Assembly (NCBI GenBank): GCA_020137815.1
Contig: CM035350.1
Span: 6,386,001-6,450,000 of the forward strand
DNA from: Hormiphora californensis
Lineage: Eukaryota; Animalia; Ctenophora
Length of the DNA: 64,000 nucleotides
Direction: 5' to 3'
Shown: piece after piece, positions 41,142-55,113 of the stretch
How the letters are laid out: the number at the start of each line of letters is the position of its first letter
Numbering within the stretch: position 1 is the stretch's first letter
Translations under genes and position numbers: made by a program
Notes under the pieces: model-generated
Seen by the model: the letters and a program-made list of their open reading frames with translations, nothing else
Database searches by the model: none
What the model was told of the DNA's origin: nothing

Positions 41142-44100
41142 TTAGGGTGTGCTATTTCAAATTTTTTTCGACTAGGCCATTCAGTATCTAGCTAATGTGA
41201 AACTATGGACAATTCTCTATCACATCAGCAAAACAGAATCGAGATAGTGTTTGTCAGTTACGTTGGCATCGCGATTTAAAAAGTGTAGTTTTTAACCGAA
41301 AAATGGTAAAAACAGGGAAATATGTGTGGTTTTCACCAGTTTTTGACATGTTCTTGATATCAACTTTTTATGTTCAGGATCGTGTTCAGCACCTCGAAAC
41401 TGACAAGAATTGATATGCATCATTAAATGATGCTAAAGTTCATTTTTGACCTAAAAATGTTCATTTTTGACAAAAAATGTTCATTTTTGACAAAAAATGT
41501 TCATTTTGGACATGTTCTTAAATTTTGAGAGCTTTTTCATGAACGGGATCGTGTTCCGCAGGCCAAAATTAGTCGATTACAACCGAAATTTGCTTTCCAC
41601 CAAGAAAAAACTAAAAAAAATTAAAATTCGTCCCCACGATTCTGCAAGTTGGTAAAATTAGCAAGAAAAAAAGGGAGAAAAATTTTTGTTCATAAAGTGG
41701 ATATCTGAAGACTCAAACTGAAAGTAACAGTTGTATAAGTTGTCACGAGACGATTTATATGTGTGTTTTGTTCGAAATCACGCCCTAAAACAGACTTTTT
41801 GAAATGAATATGCCCATATATGGGCATAGCTCGTGCCAACGTAATTGGGCCATGGTAGAGCCAAAACTTTGTGATAAAATGTTTTAGAATGATCGTAGGA
41901 GCTCATTTAACAGGGTGTGAACTGCATGTCGTGTTTGCTAGTCGCGAGCGCGCTTGCGAGACAAGCAAACACGTCAAGGTTCATTAACAAGCATGCTGCT
42001 CAGTCATTTTAGATTTAATACACAATGTAAGGATACCATGTAATAGGTGAGACTCTTGCCGTCACCCTCGTTCAAGTCCCGTGAAAAACGGAGCAGTACA
42101 CGCAAACTGATGCCCATTTTCCTCGCGTGACCCCGATTCAGCAGTTTGAGACACCAACTCTTTAGGGGGCCATATCTCAGGAACCAGACAAGATAGGAAA
42201 AATCGCCGTCTAATGAGGCGTACAGTTTTTAATCTAGTTTACCACTGTACCGGCCGTTTCACTCTCCGACCTAAAACAAAAATCGCAACCCCACAAAACT
42301 TCAAAATAATGAAATTCGCATCTCGCATGTCGTGTTGCATGTCGTGTCATGTTATTGACGCGCTCGCGTTCAACTCTCACACAGCAGCTGCAGAACATGG
42401 CGGGAAACATCGAGGAGTAGAGAGAGGGTCGGTGCCGAATCAAATATTTCTTGATCTTGATCTACTCCATCTCTCAGCTATCCTACCCCTCATCAACTCG
42501 ATCTCTCAGCTACCCTACCCCTCATCTACTCCATCTTTCAGCTACCCTACCCCTCATCTACTCCATCTTTCAGCTACCCTACCCCTTATCTAGTCCATCT
42601 CTCAGCTACCCTACTCCTCATCTACTCCATCTCTCAGCTTCAAAAAAAAAAAAAAAAACTCAAAAAAAAAAAATTTTTTAAAAAATTTTTTTCGTCCCCC
42701 AAACGTTTTTTTCCTTTGGGTGCCCAAGTTTTGGGGTTTTTAAAAAATTTTTAAGCAAGGGGGGGAAAAAAAAAAAGGTGGGAAAAGACCCAAAATTTTT
42801 TTCCCCATTAAAAAAGGGGTGGATGGGGGGGGGGGGGGGGAAAAAAAAAAAAAAAGAAAAAAACCCCCCAAAATTGAAGAAACCGGGGGTTAAAAAAAAA
42901 TGAACCCCCACAAAATTTTTTTGAAATTTCGACTCAGCTTTAGTTGGGCAGTTTTTGGCCTCGTTAAATTTAAAGGCTGGAAAAACTGGGGGAAAAAAGG
43001 GGGGTGAGGGGGGGGTGTCCGAACTATTTCTTAAATTTGATTCTTTCTAGTTCCACCCCTCAAAAACCGATTCTTCAGTACCCAAAATTTTCATTATCCT
43101 TTTAGACCCTCCCCTCTCACCCCTTTTTAAAAGCCCCCACCCTATGCCATTTTCCTCCTCCCCCATTCCCATTTAGTTTTAGGGAACATAAAGGAACAAG
43201 GGGTGGAAAACCCCAACCCAAAAAATCGTTTTATTTAGTTCCCTAGCCTTTCAACCCCACCACAAAACCCTACCCCAATTTCATATGAAAATCAATTCCA
43301 TCTTAGCCCCCTTCCCCCCATTTATCCCTTCGCTTCCCACCTCCCAACTCATTTTTCCCGACCAATAAATCCATAAAAGTTCCCTATATTACCCCACTCT
43401 TAGCCCCCTACCCATTTATAAAACCTCAGCTACCCTACCCCCATTACCCATTTCGTTTCCCACCCCTTTATCCATCTTTCGTCCAAAAACCCCATTTTAC
43501 CCAATTTCAGTTACTACTCCATTTACCCCATCCCTAGTTTCCCCTACCCCCCTTTTACCCTTTTGGGGCCCCCATTTTCCACCCCCAGTTTACCCCCCCT
43601 TTTACCCATCTTGCCTCCCAATTATCATTCTCGCTACCTACTCCCATTACCCATTCTCAGTTTCCCTACCTCCTTTTACCCATCCCAGTCCCTACCTCCC
43701 ATTCCCCATCTCTCAGTACCTACCTCCTTTACCCCATTCTCAGCTTCCCCCCCTCCATTACTCATCCCAGCTCCCACTCCCATTTACTCCACCCTTTGCC
43801 TCCCTTTTTATCATTTAGCTCCCTCCCCCCATTCACTCCACCCCAAACCCCCCAAATCCCTTTTACCCCATCTCTCAGCTTCCCACCCCCCCTTTACCCT
43901 CTCAGCTTCCCACTCCATTTACTCCACTCCAATTTACCCACCCCCTTTTACTCATCCTTTCCCACACCCATTCTCCATTTCAGTTTCCCACCCCCATTAC
44001 CCTCCCAGCCCCACCCCAACTACCCAGCCCCAACCCAACCATTTTAGCTCCCTACCTCCATTACTCCATCTACTTCCCTACTCCCTTTTATATCCTCAGT

Positions 44101-47100
44101 TCCCCTACCTCCCTTTACCCTCCCGCCCCCCCAAAATTTCTCCATTCTCAGTTCCCTACCTCCATTACTCCATCTTCACTACCCTACTCCCTTTTACCCC
44201 TTAGCTCCCCTCCTCCCTTCTCCACCAGCCCCCACCTCATTTACTCCATTTTTCGTACCCCCTTCAAAACTATCTTCAGTTCAAATCCCATTATCCATCT
44301 CAGCTCCCTACCCCATTTACCCATCTCTCAGCACCCTCCCTCCCATTTATATCCTCAGCTCCAAACCCTTTTTACCCATTTCAGTTCCTACCTCCCTTTT
44401 AAACCCATTTTCATTTCCCTACCTCCCATTTACCCCACCCCTCAGCTTCCCTCCCTCCTTATCATTCCAGCTACCCTCCAAAATTATCCATTCTGTTTTC
44501 CTACCTCCTTTTATTTCATCTCTCGTTCCCTACCCCCATTTCTCCACCTCGGGTTAAATTTAATTTAAAAGGGGGAAAGTATAAATTTGGGGGGGGTATA
44601 AAAAATAAGACGGACAATATTTGGGAGTGGGGAAATAGTAAATATAGGTCTAAGAAAAAATATAACTACAGGATTAAAGGGGAAAGGGTATTGGGGAGGA
44701 AAAAAAAAAGGGGATAAAAAAGGGGGGGGAAAATATGGGGGAAAATATTTATTAAATGGGGGGGGGAAATTTAAATTTTGGGGGAAAAATGGGAGTAAAA
44801 TGAGAGATGAGAAAATGGGAGGTGGGGAAGTAGGATGGATAAATGGGAGGTGGGTAGCTGAGATGGAGAAAAGGGGAGGGGGGGAAGCGAGGAGGGATAA
44901 AGGGGGAGGTGGGAAAAACGAGGAGGGAAAGATAAAGGAAAAGGGGAGGGGGTTGGTGAGAGATGGGGGAAAATGGGGGTAGGGGCTAAAAGAGGGGGAA
45001 AAAGTAAAAGGGGAGAGGGGGGAGGGAGGGAAAAATGGGTAAATGGGGGGTTTTAGGGAATGAGGAGGGAAAGTAAAGGGGGAGGGAGGGAGTGAGAGTG
45101 GGTAAAAATGGGGGGGGGGGAAGGATGGAGTAAATGGGAGGAGGGAGCGAGAGAGGAGTAAATGGGAGGTGGGAAGCGGAGATGGGAAAAGGGGAGGTGG
45201 GTAGTGAGAATAAAAGAAAGGGGGGTGGGGGGGAAAAAGGGGGGTAAAGGGAGGGGGAGCTGAGAGAGGAGTAAAGGGAGGTGGGGAAAAGTGAGAGGGA
45301 GTAAGGGGGGAGGGAAAGTGAGGATGGAGTAAATGGGGGGAAGGGAGCTGAGAGATGGAGTAAAATGGGAAGGGGTAGGGAAGTGAAGGGGAAAGGGGGT
45401 AAAGTAAAAAATGGGAGGGGGGTTTATTTTGAGAGGGGGGAATGGGGGGTGGGGGTAAAGAAAAGGGAAAGGGAAAAGAAATGGGAGTTAGGGAAGGGGA
45501 AAAAAGGGAGGGAAAAAGGGGGTGGGAGGAGGGGTGAGGGATGGAGTAAATGGGGGGAGGGAAGTGAGAGGGAAAAGGGAGGGGAAAAGGAGGTAAAATG
45601 GGGGTAGGGAAGGAGGATGGAGAAAAAAGGGAGAAATGGGAGGTAGGGGGGGGGTAGGGGGTGAGAAGGGAAAAAAAAGGGGAGGGGAGGGTTAGGGAGA
45701 GGAGAAAGGGGGAAAAGGGAAGGATGGAAAAGGGGAAAAGGAGAAAGGAGGGGGGGGGAAGAGGAGGAAGGGGGCAAGGGGAGAAAGGGGGGTAGGGAAA
45801 GCGGGGTGGGAAAGGGGGGGGGGCTAGGTGGAGAAAAAGGGAGGGGGGAAAGGAGGAGGGGGGTGAAGGGAGGAGGAGTGGAGAGGGGGAAAAGTAAAGG
45901 GAGGTAGTAAGCGGAGTGGAAAAGTAAAGGGAGGTGGGGGGATCGAGAGATGGAGAAAAATGACATGTAGGGGGAAAGCTGAGATAGGAGTAAAGGGGTT
46001 GGGTAAGCTGAGAGAGGAGTAAAGGGAGGTGGAAGTGAGAGATGGAGTAAAGGGGGGTTTTAGGGATGAGAGATGGAGTAGATGAGGAGTAGGGTAGCGG
46101 AGAGATGGACTAGATTAGGGGTAGGGTAGCTGAAAGATGGAGTTGATGAGGGCTAGGGAAGCATAGAGATGGAAACGATTATGGATAGGGATTCCCTACC
46201 CCTAATCGTTTCCATCTCTATGCTTCCCTAATAGGGAAGCTGAGCGATGGAGTAAATGGGAGGTAGGGTAGCTGAGAGATGGAGTAAATGGGAGGTAGGG
46301 AAGCTGAGAGATGGAGTAAATGGGAGGTAGGGAAGCTGAGGGATGGAGTAAATGGGAGGTAGGGAAGCTGAGAGATGGAGTAAATGGGAGGTAGGGAAGG
46401 AAGCTGAGAGATGAAGTAAATGGGAGGTAGGGTAGTTGAGAGATGGAGTGAATGGGAGGTAGGGTAGCTGAGAGATGGAGTAAATGGGAGGCAAGGATGG
46501 AGTAAATGGGAGGTAGGGAAGCTGAGGGATGGAGTAAATGGGAGGCAAGGATGGAGTAAATGGGAGGTAGGGAAGCTGAGGGATGGAGTAAATGGGAGGT
46601 AGGGAAGCTGAGAGATGGAGTAAATGGGAGGTAGGGAAGCTGAGAGATGGAGTGAATGGGAGGTAGGGAAGCTGAGAGATGGAGTAAATGGGAGGTAGGT
46701 AAGCTGAGAGATGGAGTAAATGGGAGGTAGGGTATCTGAGAGATGGAGTAAATGACATGTAGGGAAGCTGAGATATGGAGTAAATGGGAGGTAGGTAAGC
46801 TGAGAGATGGAGTAAATGGGAGGTAGGGAAGCTGAGAGATGAGTAACATGGGAGGTAGGGTAGCTGAGAGATGGAGTAGATGAGGAGTAGGGTAGCGAGA
46901 GATGGACTAGATTAGGGGTAGGGTAGCTGAAAGATGGAGTGATGAGGGCTAGAGAAGCATAGAGATGGAAACGATTATGGATAGGGATTCCCTACCCCTA
47001 ATCGTTTCCATCTCTATGCTTCCCTAATAGGGAAGCTGAGAGATGGAGTAGATGAGGAGTAGGGTAGCTGAGAGATGGACTAGATAAGGGGTAGGGTAGC

Positions 47101-47757
47101 TGAGAGATCGAGTTGATGAGGGGTAGGATAGCTGAGAGATGGAGTAGATCAAGATCAAGAAATATTTGATTCGGCACCGACCCTCTCTCTACTCCTCGAT
47201 GTTTCCCGCCATGTTCTGCAGCTGCTGTGTGAGAGTTGAACGCGAGCGCGTCAATAACATGACACGACATGCAACACGACATGCGAGATGCGAATTTCAT
47301 TATTTTGAAGTTTTGTGGGGTTGCGATTTTTGTTTTAGGTCGGAGAGTGAAACGGCCGGTACAGTGGTAAACTAGATTAAAAACTGTACGCCTCATTAGA
47401 CGGCGATTTTTCCTATCTTGTCTGGTTCCTGAGATATGGCCCCCTAAAGAGTTGGTGTCTCAAACTGCTGAATCGGGGTCACGCGAGGAAAATGGGCATC
47501 CGTTTGCGTGTACTGCTCCGTTTTTCACGGGACTTGAACGAGGGTGACGGCAAGAGTCTCACCTATTACATGGTATCCTTACATTGTGTATTAAATCTAA
47601 AATGACTGAGCAGCATGCTTGTTAATGAACCTTGACGTGTTTGCTTGTCTCGCAAGCGCGCTCGCGACTAGCAAACACGACATGCAGTTCACACCCTGTT
47701 TAACCCGATACCAAGTGAAATTTTGAATTAAATTAGGCATTTGAAAAAATAGCTCAC
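41142..47757. mobile_element. Large DNA element/foldback inserted into a ~43-bp minisatellite; long inverted arms ~41909-42640 and ~47030-47700 enclose a ~30-bp minisatellite
   Basis: Identical ORF translations on opposite strands (42213+ and 47396-); partial TIR gtgtgctatttcaa / ttgaaaaaatagctcac; host minisatellite GAGCATGCTGTGTGATATAATGAACCC on both sides. Confidence 0.65.
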
Positions 47758-48055
47758 TGAGCATGCTGTGTGTGACCATGTTGTGTGTGAGCATGCTGTG
47801 TGATATAATGAACCCACCCTTCTGTGTGTGAGCATGCTGTGTGATATAATGAACCCCCACCCCTGCTGTGTGTGAGCAATGAGCACTGAGCATGCTGTGT
47901 GATATAATGAACCCACCCCCTGCTGTGTGTGAGCATGCTGTGTGATATAATGAACCCACCCCCCTGCTGTGTGTGAGCATGCTGTGTGATATAATGAACC
48001 CCCGGCGCCCTGCCCCACCCTGCTGTGTGTGAGCAATGAGCATGCTGTGTGATTT
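47758..48055. repeat. ~43-bp minisatellite (continues the copies at 41060-41141)
   Basis: gagcatgctgtgtgatataatgaacccacccc...tgctgtgtgt repeated. Confidence 0.85.
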
Positions 48056-48829
48056 ATACCGCTGCATGGTGTGCTGTGTGAATGTGATGCTTCCTATCAG
48101 CAGTTGTAGTGGGAAAACTGTGAAAAGAGCAGATAGATTTAGAGAACATGTGAGACACGCTAAAAACTGTGGTGTGTGTTCAACAGGAAGAGCCTATCAT
48201 ATTGAGTAGAAAAGTGACAGACAGAACTACAGCATGTGTAGCGGTGTGTGTGTCTGTATGTGTGTGTGTCTGTATGTGTGTGTGCGTGCACGTTGATCAG
48301 AATGATCATAACACTTGAGAGTCATTCCTCCATTTCTACTACTAGAATACTCTCCCATAACAGCTGCAGTACAATAGAGACCACATGATGAGTGATTGTG
48401 TACAATGCATCAATACACGGTACACTCCCACCTGTACTACAGCTGATATACACTCAATTCAAAATCTACTAATTTCTTCACAGCAACATATCGAAACTAC
48501 TTAACCCTATTATATAGATGATAAATAGGACACAAGAGAACATTCCATACACGTACTTTAGTGTATCAACTTTTGATGCTTCTGTAGATTCCCTTCCCCA
48601 TTTGCATTTATTTCATTACTTCTTACTACATATATTATGCCAAAAACTAACAGAAATTGGCTGGCTGGTTTGACCCCTGAACATGGCTGTTGAACCCTCC
48701 AGCCTCGTCCTCCAGCCTCCTCCTCCTTCTTCCCAAATCTTTGGTTCCACTGTTCTGTTTTGTACACATTCTCCAAGAGGAGGAAACATAAACGTTTTGG
48801 TTAAATAGCCCATTAATCCTACTCAGTGC

Positions 48830-49063
<234 letters not shown>

Positions 49064-50092
49064 TCACTCTAAATTCTCAAACACTCCAGTCCCATTGACT
49101 TCCGGGGGTGGTACCTCCGAGTAAATCATGCACTAACATTGTGTCCAGTTAACTGACTTGTGTGTTTAGTGGTTGCCAAAACATCTTTAACTGTTTCTCT
49201 CACACCATGTTTACACCTAATTGTGTGAACTGTCTGTGGTCATGCACACATACATACAAGCTGGTACAGTACTGATATTACACACTTCTGACGAGATATA
49301 GAAGTTCTATTTTCTACCACAACTACCCGCACAGAAAGCGTACATTTTCTATTGTAGAACACGCTAATTCGGGCCAATTAACCCCGCTCGTTTTCTCTTC
49401 CCTGAAAATCTAATGAACAGCGATAGAGAAAGGAATGAGAAAATATCTTACCAAGGGCTTGTTCATTCTCCCAAGTTTTGAATGACATTGAAATAAAATC
49501 ATTGACATGAGGATCACTTCATGGCTGTATTTCCCTGTGTTGCTCAAAATATCACACAGTACTGCAGTTGACACAATGTCATTCGGTCAGTCACAATGAC
49601 ACTGACACCAGCCAACTCCCATTCTTTGTACAGAGGCAAATCACACTTGTATGTAGGGCGCGAAGAGTTAGATGTTATGTGCTGTGCGCTATATCGCACA
49701 TGCAGAGCAACCAGAGCGTCGCGCGCAGCAGTTCATCGAAAATCTGTCTCAGTCACGAGCGACCTCGTGAGTGCTGACAAACGGTTTTTAGGGTTTAAGG
49801 GTTAGTGTTGGCATTGGAAAATCTTTCAGAAGAAGTCGAAGATCAAAAAATCGAAGATCAAAAAAGGGCAGAGCTCTTCATCAAGTCCTCCTACCCGTCC
49901 CACAAACCCAATCCCATCACCCACACTTTCCACCGACTCAGAGGACACTTACCGATCAGGATTCTGGGCGGCAGTAATGTGGGTCACAGCACTCTAACAG
50001 CCCACTTATCACTGCCTCTCTTCACACAGCCCACTGTTATATCACTCCTCATAATGATTTCCAAGTTTCTAAACTACTCTCCCTCCTCTCAG

Positions 50093-50434
50093 TCGCGGGT
50101 TAGTAAGCGGCAGTCAAGTGGAGGAGCAACAACAGCCACCGCCACGAAACAATCAGAGGTTGGTGACAGACAGCAGACTGAAACTTATACAAACGCCGAT
50201 GGGCAGACTGTGAGAGTTGTAAAGAAACGTGTACTGAAGAAACGGCCACCCATGTATTAACAGAACTGCATGTACTAACAGAACCAGTTAACTGTAGTTA
50301 CATATCTCCTCACACATATACCCCATCCTTGACAGGGCGGACGGGTAACTCGATCTAAGTCCAAGAAGAATGTTGTTGATGTGACTCTTCCAGAAGATGA
50401 CATTCTCATGGGAGAGGGTGATGTGAGTGAGTGA
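50093..50434 (+). CDS. Probable C-terminal exons of the REEP gene after an ~11-kb intron
   Basis: Phase-0 acceptors at 50093 and 50335 are compatible with the phase-0 donor at 39191. They encode a basic disordered tail (SRVSKRQSS..., GGRVTRSKSKK...). Internal donor uncertain. Confidence 0.5.
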
Positions 50435-51126
50435 GATGCCAGGAGGTTTGGGACTGAATATATAATTGGATACAATGTATCTAACTAATCGCGATAAACT
50501 GAGAAGAATAACGGCTCGGGTCTATTGTTAATACAAATGCATGCAATTTTGTTTGGGGATTTTGCTGTTCAAGAACCGTGTCTGTGTGTGTGTGTGTGAG
50601 TGTGTGAGTGTGTGTGTGAGAGATGAATACATTTGTCTAAAACTGCGAAAGTTATGATATGTGAACTGAGAGATGATGCTGCACTTTGTAGATATTTCTG
50701 AAATACTGTGTTATATTGAGCCTTCGTTTTTAGTATTCAACCATAATAATATGCCTTGTATAAATTCGAGATTTTAGTACTCCAATACCCCATGATATTG
50801 TTCTGCTATGAAACCCCATTGAAAGCTCTGATTGTAACCAGGTGTATGGCATAAACCGAAATCGAATGAACATAATACCAAGTCTGGAGTTCCGATTGTC
50901 GATTCAAAGGTGCGTGGCAGCTAGTAAAGATCGGGCAAGAAGTAATGTGTGGTGTCACCTGAAATCAAGGTAAGTGTCTCGGGCAAATATATCTGAGTTG
51001 AGATTGAGAACTGTGGGGGTCGGGTAGGTAAATTTGGGTGAAATTCACCGTGAATCTAATGATCTGTTTAGTGTCTGGCGGTGCCGACCCGTACCGATCT
51101 GAGCGGGAGGATATCATCACTTTAAT

Positions 51127-53150
51127 TTACACTTCAGGGTTACCCACACACGTATGTCGTATACTGTATTGGTAACTTGTGTGTAGTAATGTATAGTCTG
51201 TGAATGTGATAAGTTGCTCCACTCTCCATTGTAAATACTTACTACGAGACACATGGGTTATCGACACAATTTCTCCGTGCGTGGTAGTCAGCTGCCTTTT
51301 TATAATGCTGTCACCCTCATAGTCCCTGCCCAGGAACAAGCCCGTGATCTCGGTAGAATTTAGGGCCAGTGGCAGGAAGAAAATGTCGCCAAGTCTTCCA
51401 GTAAATGCCTGACTTGCGACAAATCCTATTCCGTAGCCGTCTTGATCCTGATAAAGATTCTTCATTCAATATAGTAATTTAGTTAAGTGAGCATTTGAGA
51501 GAGACTGGAGACGGGTCGCGGACTCTAAGTCTAACGGACTCTAAGTCTAACTTTAGACTTTAGACATCGAGTCCGGATTTTTCTGTCAGGCTAATGCTCT
51601 GACCACAGTTCTCGCGCGCTCCTTATTTGAGAGAAGCGAGAATGGGTCAGGCCAATGCTCTGACAGGGATTTTTAGACTCAGCACAACTTTTTAGACATA
51701 GAGTCCCCCTGTGTTAGACTTGATAGATATAGAGTTCCCCATACTCAAGCGTTAGACAAAGAGTCTTCGGACACTAGGTCTAAAACCTAATCCCAACCCT
51801 AAACCTAACCCTTACAATACCCTAACCCGGCCTAACCTCGACCACAAACAACAACCCAAACCATTCTGGAAAGGGTAGGGAGCACAGCGAGCTCTCGATT
51901 TTAGACTTAACTACCGTTATTTCTTAGACTTAGGGCCGGATGAACCAATTTGGCCAAATCTTAAGTCTGAGGTCAGATAAATCGCTCTAAATGATTTAGC
52001 ACGACCCCCAAAGTTCACGCTATTTCTAAAATGTTGTTTTAGACTTGTTAGACATATAGTCCTCCCTGTATTTTGAGCAAAAAGCGGACTCTAAGTATGT
52101 ATTATATTTAGAGTCCGATTAGACTTAGGCGTTAGACCTAGCTTCCGTCTCCCACTGGAAGACAGCGACATAACAAAGAGTTTAGTCAGGCAGTTTAGCC
52201 AAGTAGTAAACAGTGAAGCAGGCAATACATTGTACCTGTCCAAAGATGAACATTCCTGAAGAATCTGGTGTAGAAGCAACGTTAATATCCGATTTGAATT
52301 CCCCATTCAAATAGAACATCAGAACATTGTTCGAAAGAACTACTGCAACATGATTCCACACCCCCAGCTCCAGTGGAATTTGCCCCTCTGAAATTATAGA
52401 AGTATAGAAATCAAGCCCCAACAAAAAAGGGAGACTTGAAAAATAGGGTCTGACTGTGGTCTGAAACCCCCTAGGAGAGTGGAGTTTTTCTGAATCGCCA
52501 TTTCGAGACGAATCCAACGCAACCGGAATTAGCTTTCTGTCTTATCGGGAAGTTTGGGCTTGAGCTTCTTCATTTTTGGTCATTTTTCGGTGCGTGATCC
52601 AATCAGAGGCCTGGATTTCGAAATAAAGGCATGTGATTGGCTCACGCACCAAAAAATGACCAAAAATGAAAGGGCTCAAGCCCAAACTTCCCAATAAGAT
52701 AGAAAGCTAATTCCGGTCGCGGTAACGTTGGATTCGTCTCGAAAAGGTGATTCAGAAAAGCTCCGTTTAGTAGGGGGTTTCCAAACAACAGTCAGACACT
52801 ATTGAAAAAAGTTAGCGTTCAGCTGTCAAAGCATTGACCTGACAGGCGTTCAGCAACCTCCCTCAAGAACATACCGTGATCTCCGCCTTGGTAGACAACG
52901 ATCCATTTAGCTTGACCGGATCTGGTATCTGTCCACATATGTAGTGCGTCCCTTTTGGCTTGTGTTGTGTAGGAAATGCTACATTCCCAGTAAGCATCGG
53001 GTAGCGTTTCATGCCGTATCCAGAATCCCAGTGTTAGGCTGGAAAACTGGGAAGCCTCTCCTTCAGCGGCAACGATTTCCTGTTGAACGTAGTTTGAAAC
53101 ACTCCTCTCGCTTGGAAACCTCAGTTCCCAATGTGGTTCTGGGGTGGGTA
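51127..53150 (-). CDS. Pentraxin/LamG-like domain protein. Exons ~53150-52875, 52387-52236, 51447-51127; 5' end not identified
   Basis: LRFP...NYV, SLTLGFWIR, ISY, WNHVAVV...FYLNG, FIFGQ|DQDGYGIGF...QAFTGRL; splice phases are consistent. Confidence 0.75.
51508..52152. mobile_element. Element with GGAGACGG/CCGTCTCC ends and many TTAGACT subrepeats; contains a nested ~80-bp hairpin repeat also present at 15790-15876
   Basis: Inverted termini, repeated ttagac/gtctaa motifs and the shared tgtcag...gctctgacag segment. Confidence 0.55.
52443..52802. mobile_element. Palindromic MITE in a pentraxin-gene intron
   Basis: Arms are reverse complements across the whole length (gtctgactg...cagtcagac; catttttggtcattttt / aaaaatgaccaaaaatg). 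Confidence 0.8.
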
Positions 53151-55113
53151 TTGTAATTAACTTATATATAACTAGCGCACCCATTGGGTGCGCCTCAAGT
53201 AAGGGCTTTTTGATAACCCAGCCGGCTTCGCCGGGTGGTTCTTTTCGCCCCTTTCAACGTCAATAACACGGTTGCCATGGCAACTGAATTGGTAACTATG
53301 GGGACTGGCATGTTTAAATTCATTCGAAAATATTAACAAACTTCCACTGGAAGTTCCAAAAGAGTGAACAGCAGCTTTACAGCTTTGTGCACATAAAGTG
53401 TTTTATGAAGGAGCAGTCTGTCGCTTAGATACCGCCTAACGAACGACTTCGACGTTCATCTCCAAATTATAATAGAGATACTAAATACTAATTTTAATTA
53501 ACTACTAATCTCCATCCGTTTTGTACGTACCATATGCATTCGCGGTTGAAGATAGAAGTATCAGCATAACTACTATTGAACAATAGTAGTACATCCTTGC
53601 TTTCTAGATAAGGTATTGGACTATTGTATTGGTATTTGGTATTGGCTAGTGGTGATTGGCAATGGTATAATTATCATTCCTAATATCAATTATTATCCGA
53701 CCCTTAAAAAGATAACAAGGCCAAGGATCGTTCAGTGTGTTCACAAACAATGAAAACAGACACAAACAATAAACACAAACAATGATATAGAAACACTAGG
53801 ATAGAAACAAACAGCTCACAATCACCCAAATGAGACCACATGAATGAAATACTAGCTAATATGTAATCCATAAACAAAGGGACACTTGTCTGGCCCCATC
53901 TAACATAAGTACGTTAGCTTCAGATATCAAGTTGTCCAAATAGCAGTTCCCATCAGCTCTACTTCGAGACTATAAAAAAGTTTAAACTTTTAGGGCATGT
54001 TAGCGGGCATGCTTGGCGCTCGTAATTGCCACTTTAAGCGGTCGTTAGGCAAGAAAAGGTAGAGAGCGCTTATCTTTGTCATGCTACGCAGTCTGTCCAT
54101 CTCTGATCTATCTCGAGAGTTATAATGAACATTTAAAAAAAAATTAAAAGCTTTATAAATACAGTTGAAACCCGATTTACCGGCATCCTCGGGGAAACCA
54201 TTTTAATCCAGATGAAATTTGGGACGGTGTTATACAGTCCCCTCGTGTGCACACCCCGTGAGAGTTGTTGAGTGAGGGGTTACTCAACAACGTGAGCTAG
54301 GGGCATGTAGCACTCTGCAGTGCTTGCCAGCGAAAGTAAAAGATCGGATGAAGTCCTTTCAGGCCAATTTTCTGACAGATAAAGTCGGATTTAGTGAGGC
54401 TGCATCACCACTCATTTACAATTACTGCTTAGCAGCTACTAAGCTGGTTATAAATTACCACATGCACTGCACGTGGTTACATGGATGTGTAGCTGTATTA
54501 TATAACCTAGCCTTAGAGCACTCTAAAAATAGTTGATAGTAACACGGTATTAATTAGCAGCTTGCGTCTTTTCAAGGGCTTCTCTCCCCACATTCCTCTC
54601 GCAAAGAAATATAGTGCCCTGTAATTATAGGTGTGTACAGTTCAACTGCTAGCAGCTGATGTGCTAGCTGTTTCGACAAAAGATCCAATAAACGACTCTT
54701 CTGGGAGTGTCGGTTTGGAACCCTAACGAACTATCATGACTTTTGTCAATACGATATGGTCGACACCATGTGAGTGCTCGTGAGTGAGTGGTAACAGCAT
54801 GTTGAACCCACTCACGGGGGTAGAGAAGGAAGAATAAACAGCATATTTTGTGTTTTTTACAGAAAGAAGTTGAGGTACCACAACAATCTTAATCATAGGA
54901 CTCTAGCTCTCGAGAGGGGGGATTCCAGGCCCGGGCCTGGCGCGGGACACGCACACACAGATACACACACTCACAACACACGCTTGCTCTTATTTCTCCT
55001 CACGACGGGGGATATGCACTGCTTGTTTGTATAGCTATCACATCATCATCATCATCAATATATCGCTCATATTCGCTCTCTCATTCACACACACCCTGCA
55101 GAGACAGTCCAAT

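Noticed and set aside
42640-46850. Pro-, Gly- and Lys-rich ORFs
   Set aside because: Low-complexity, probably mis-called minisatellite sequence.
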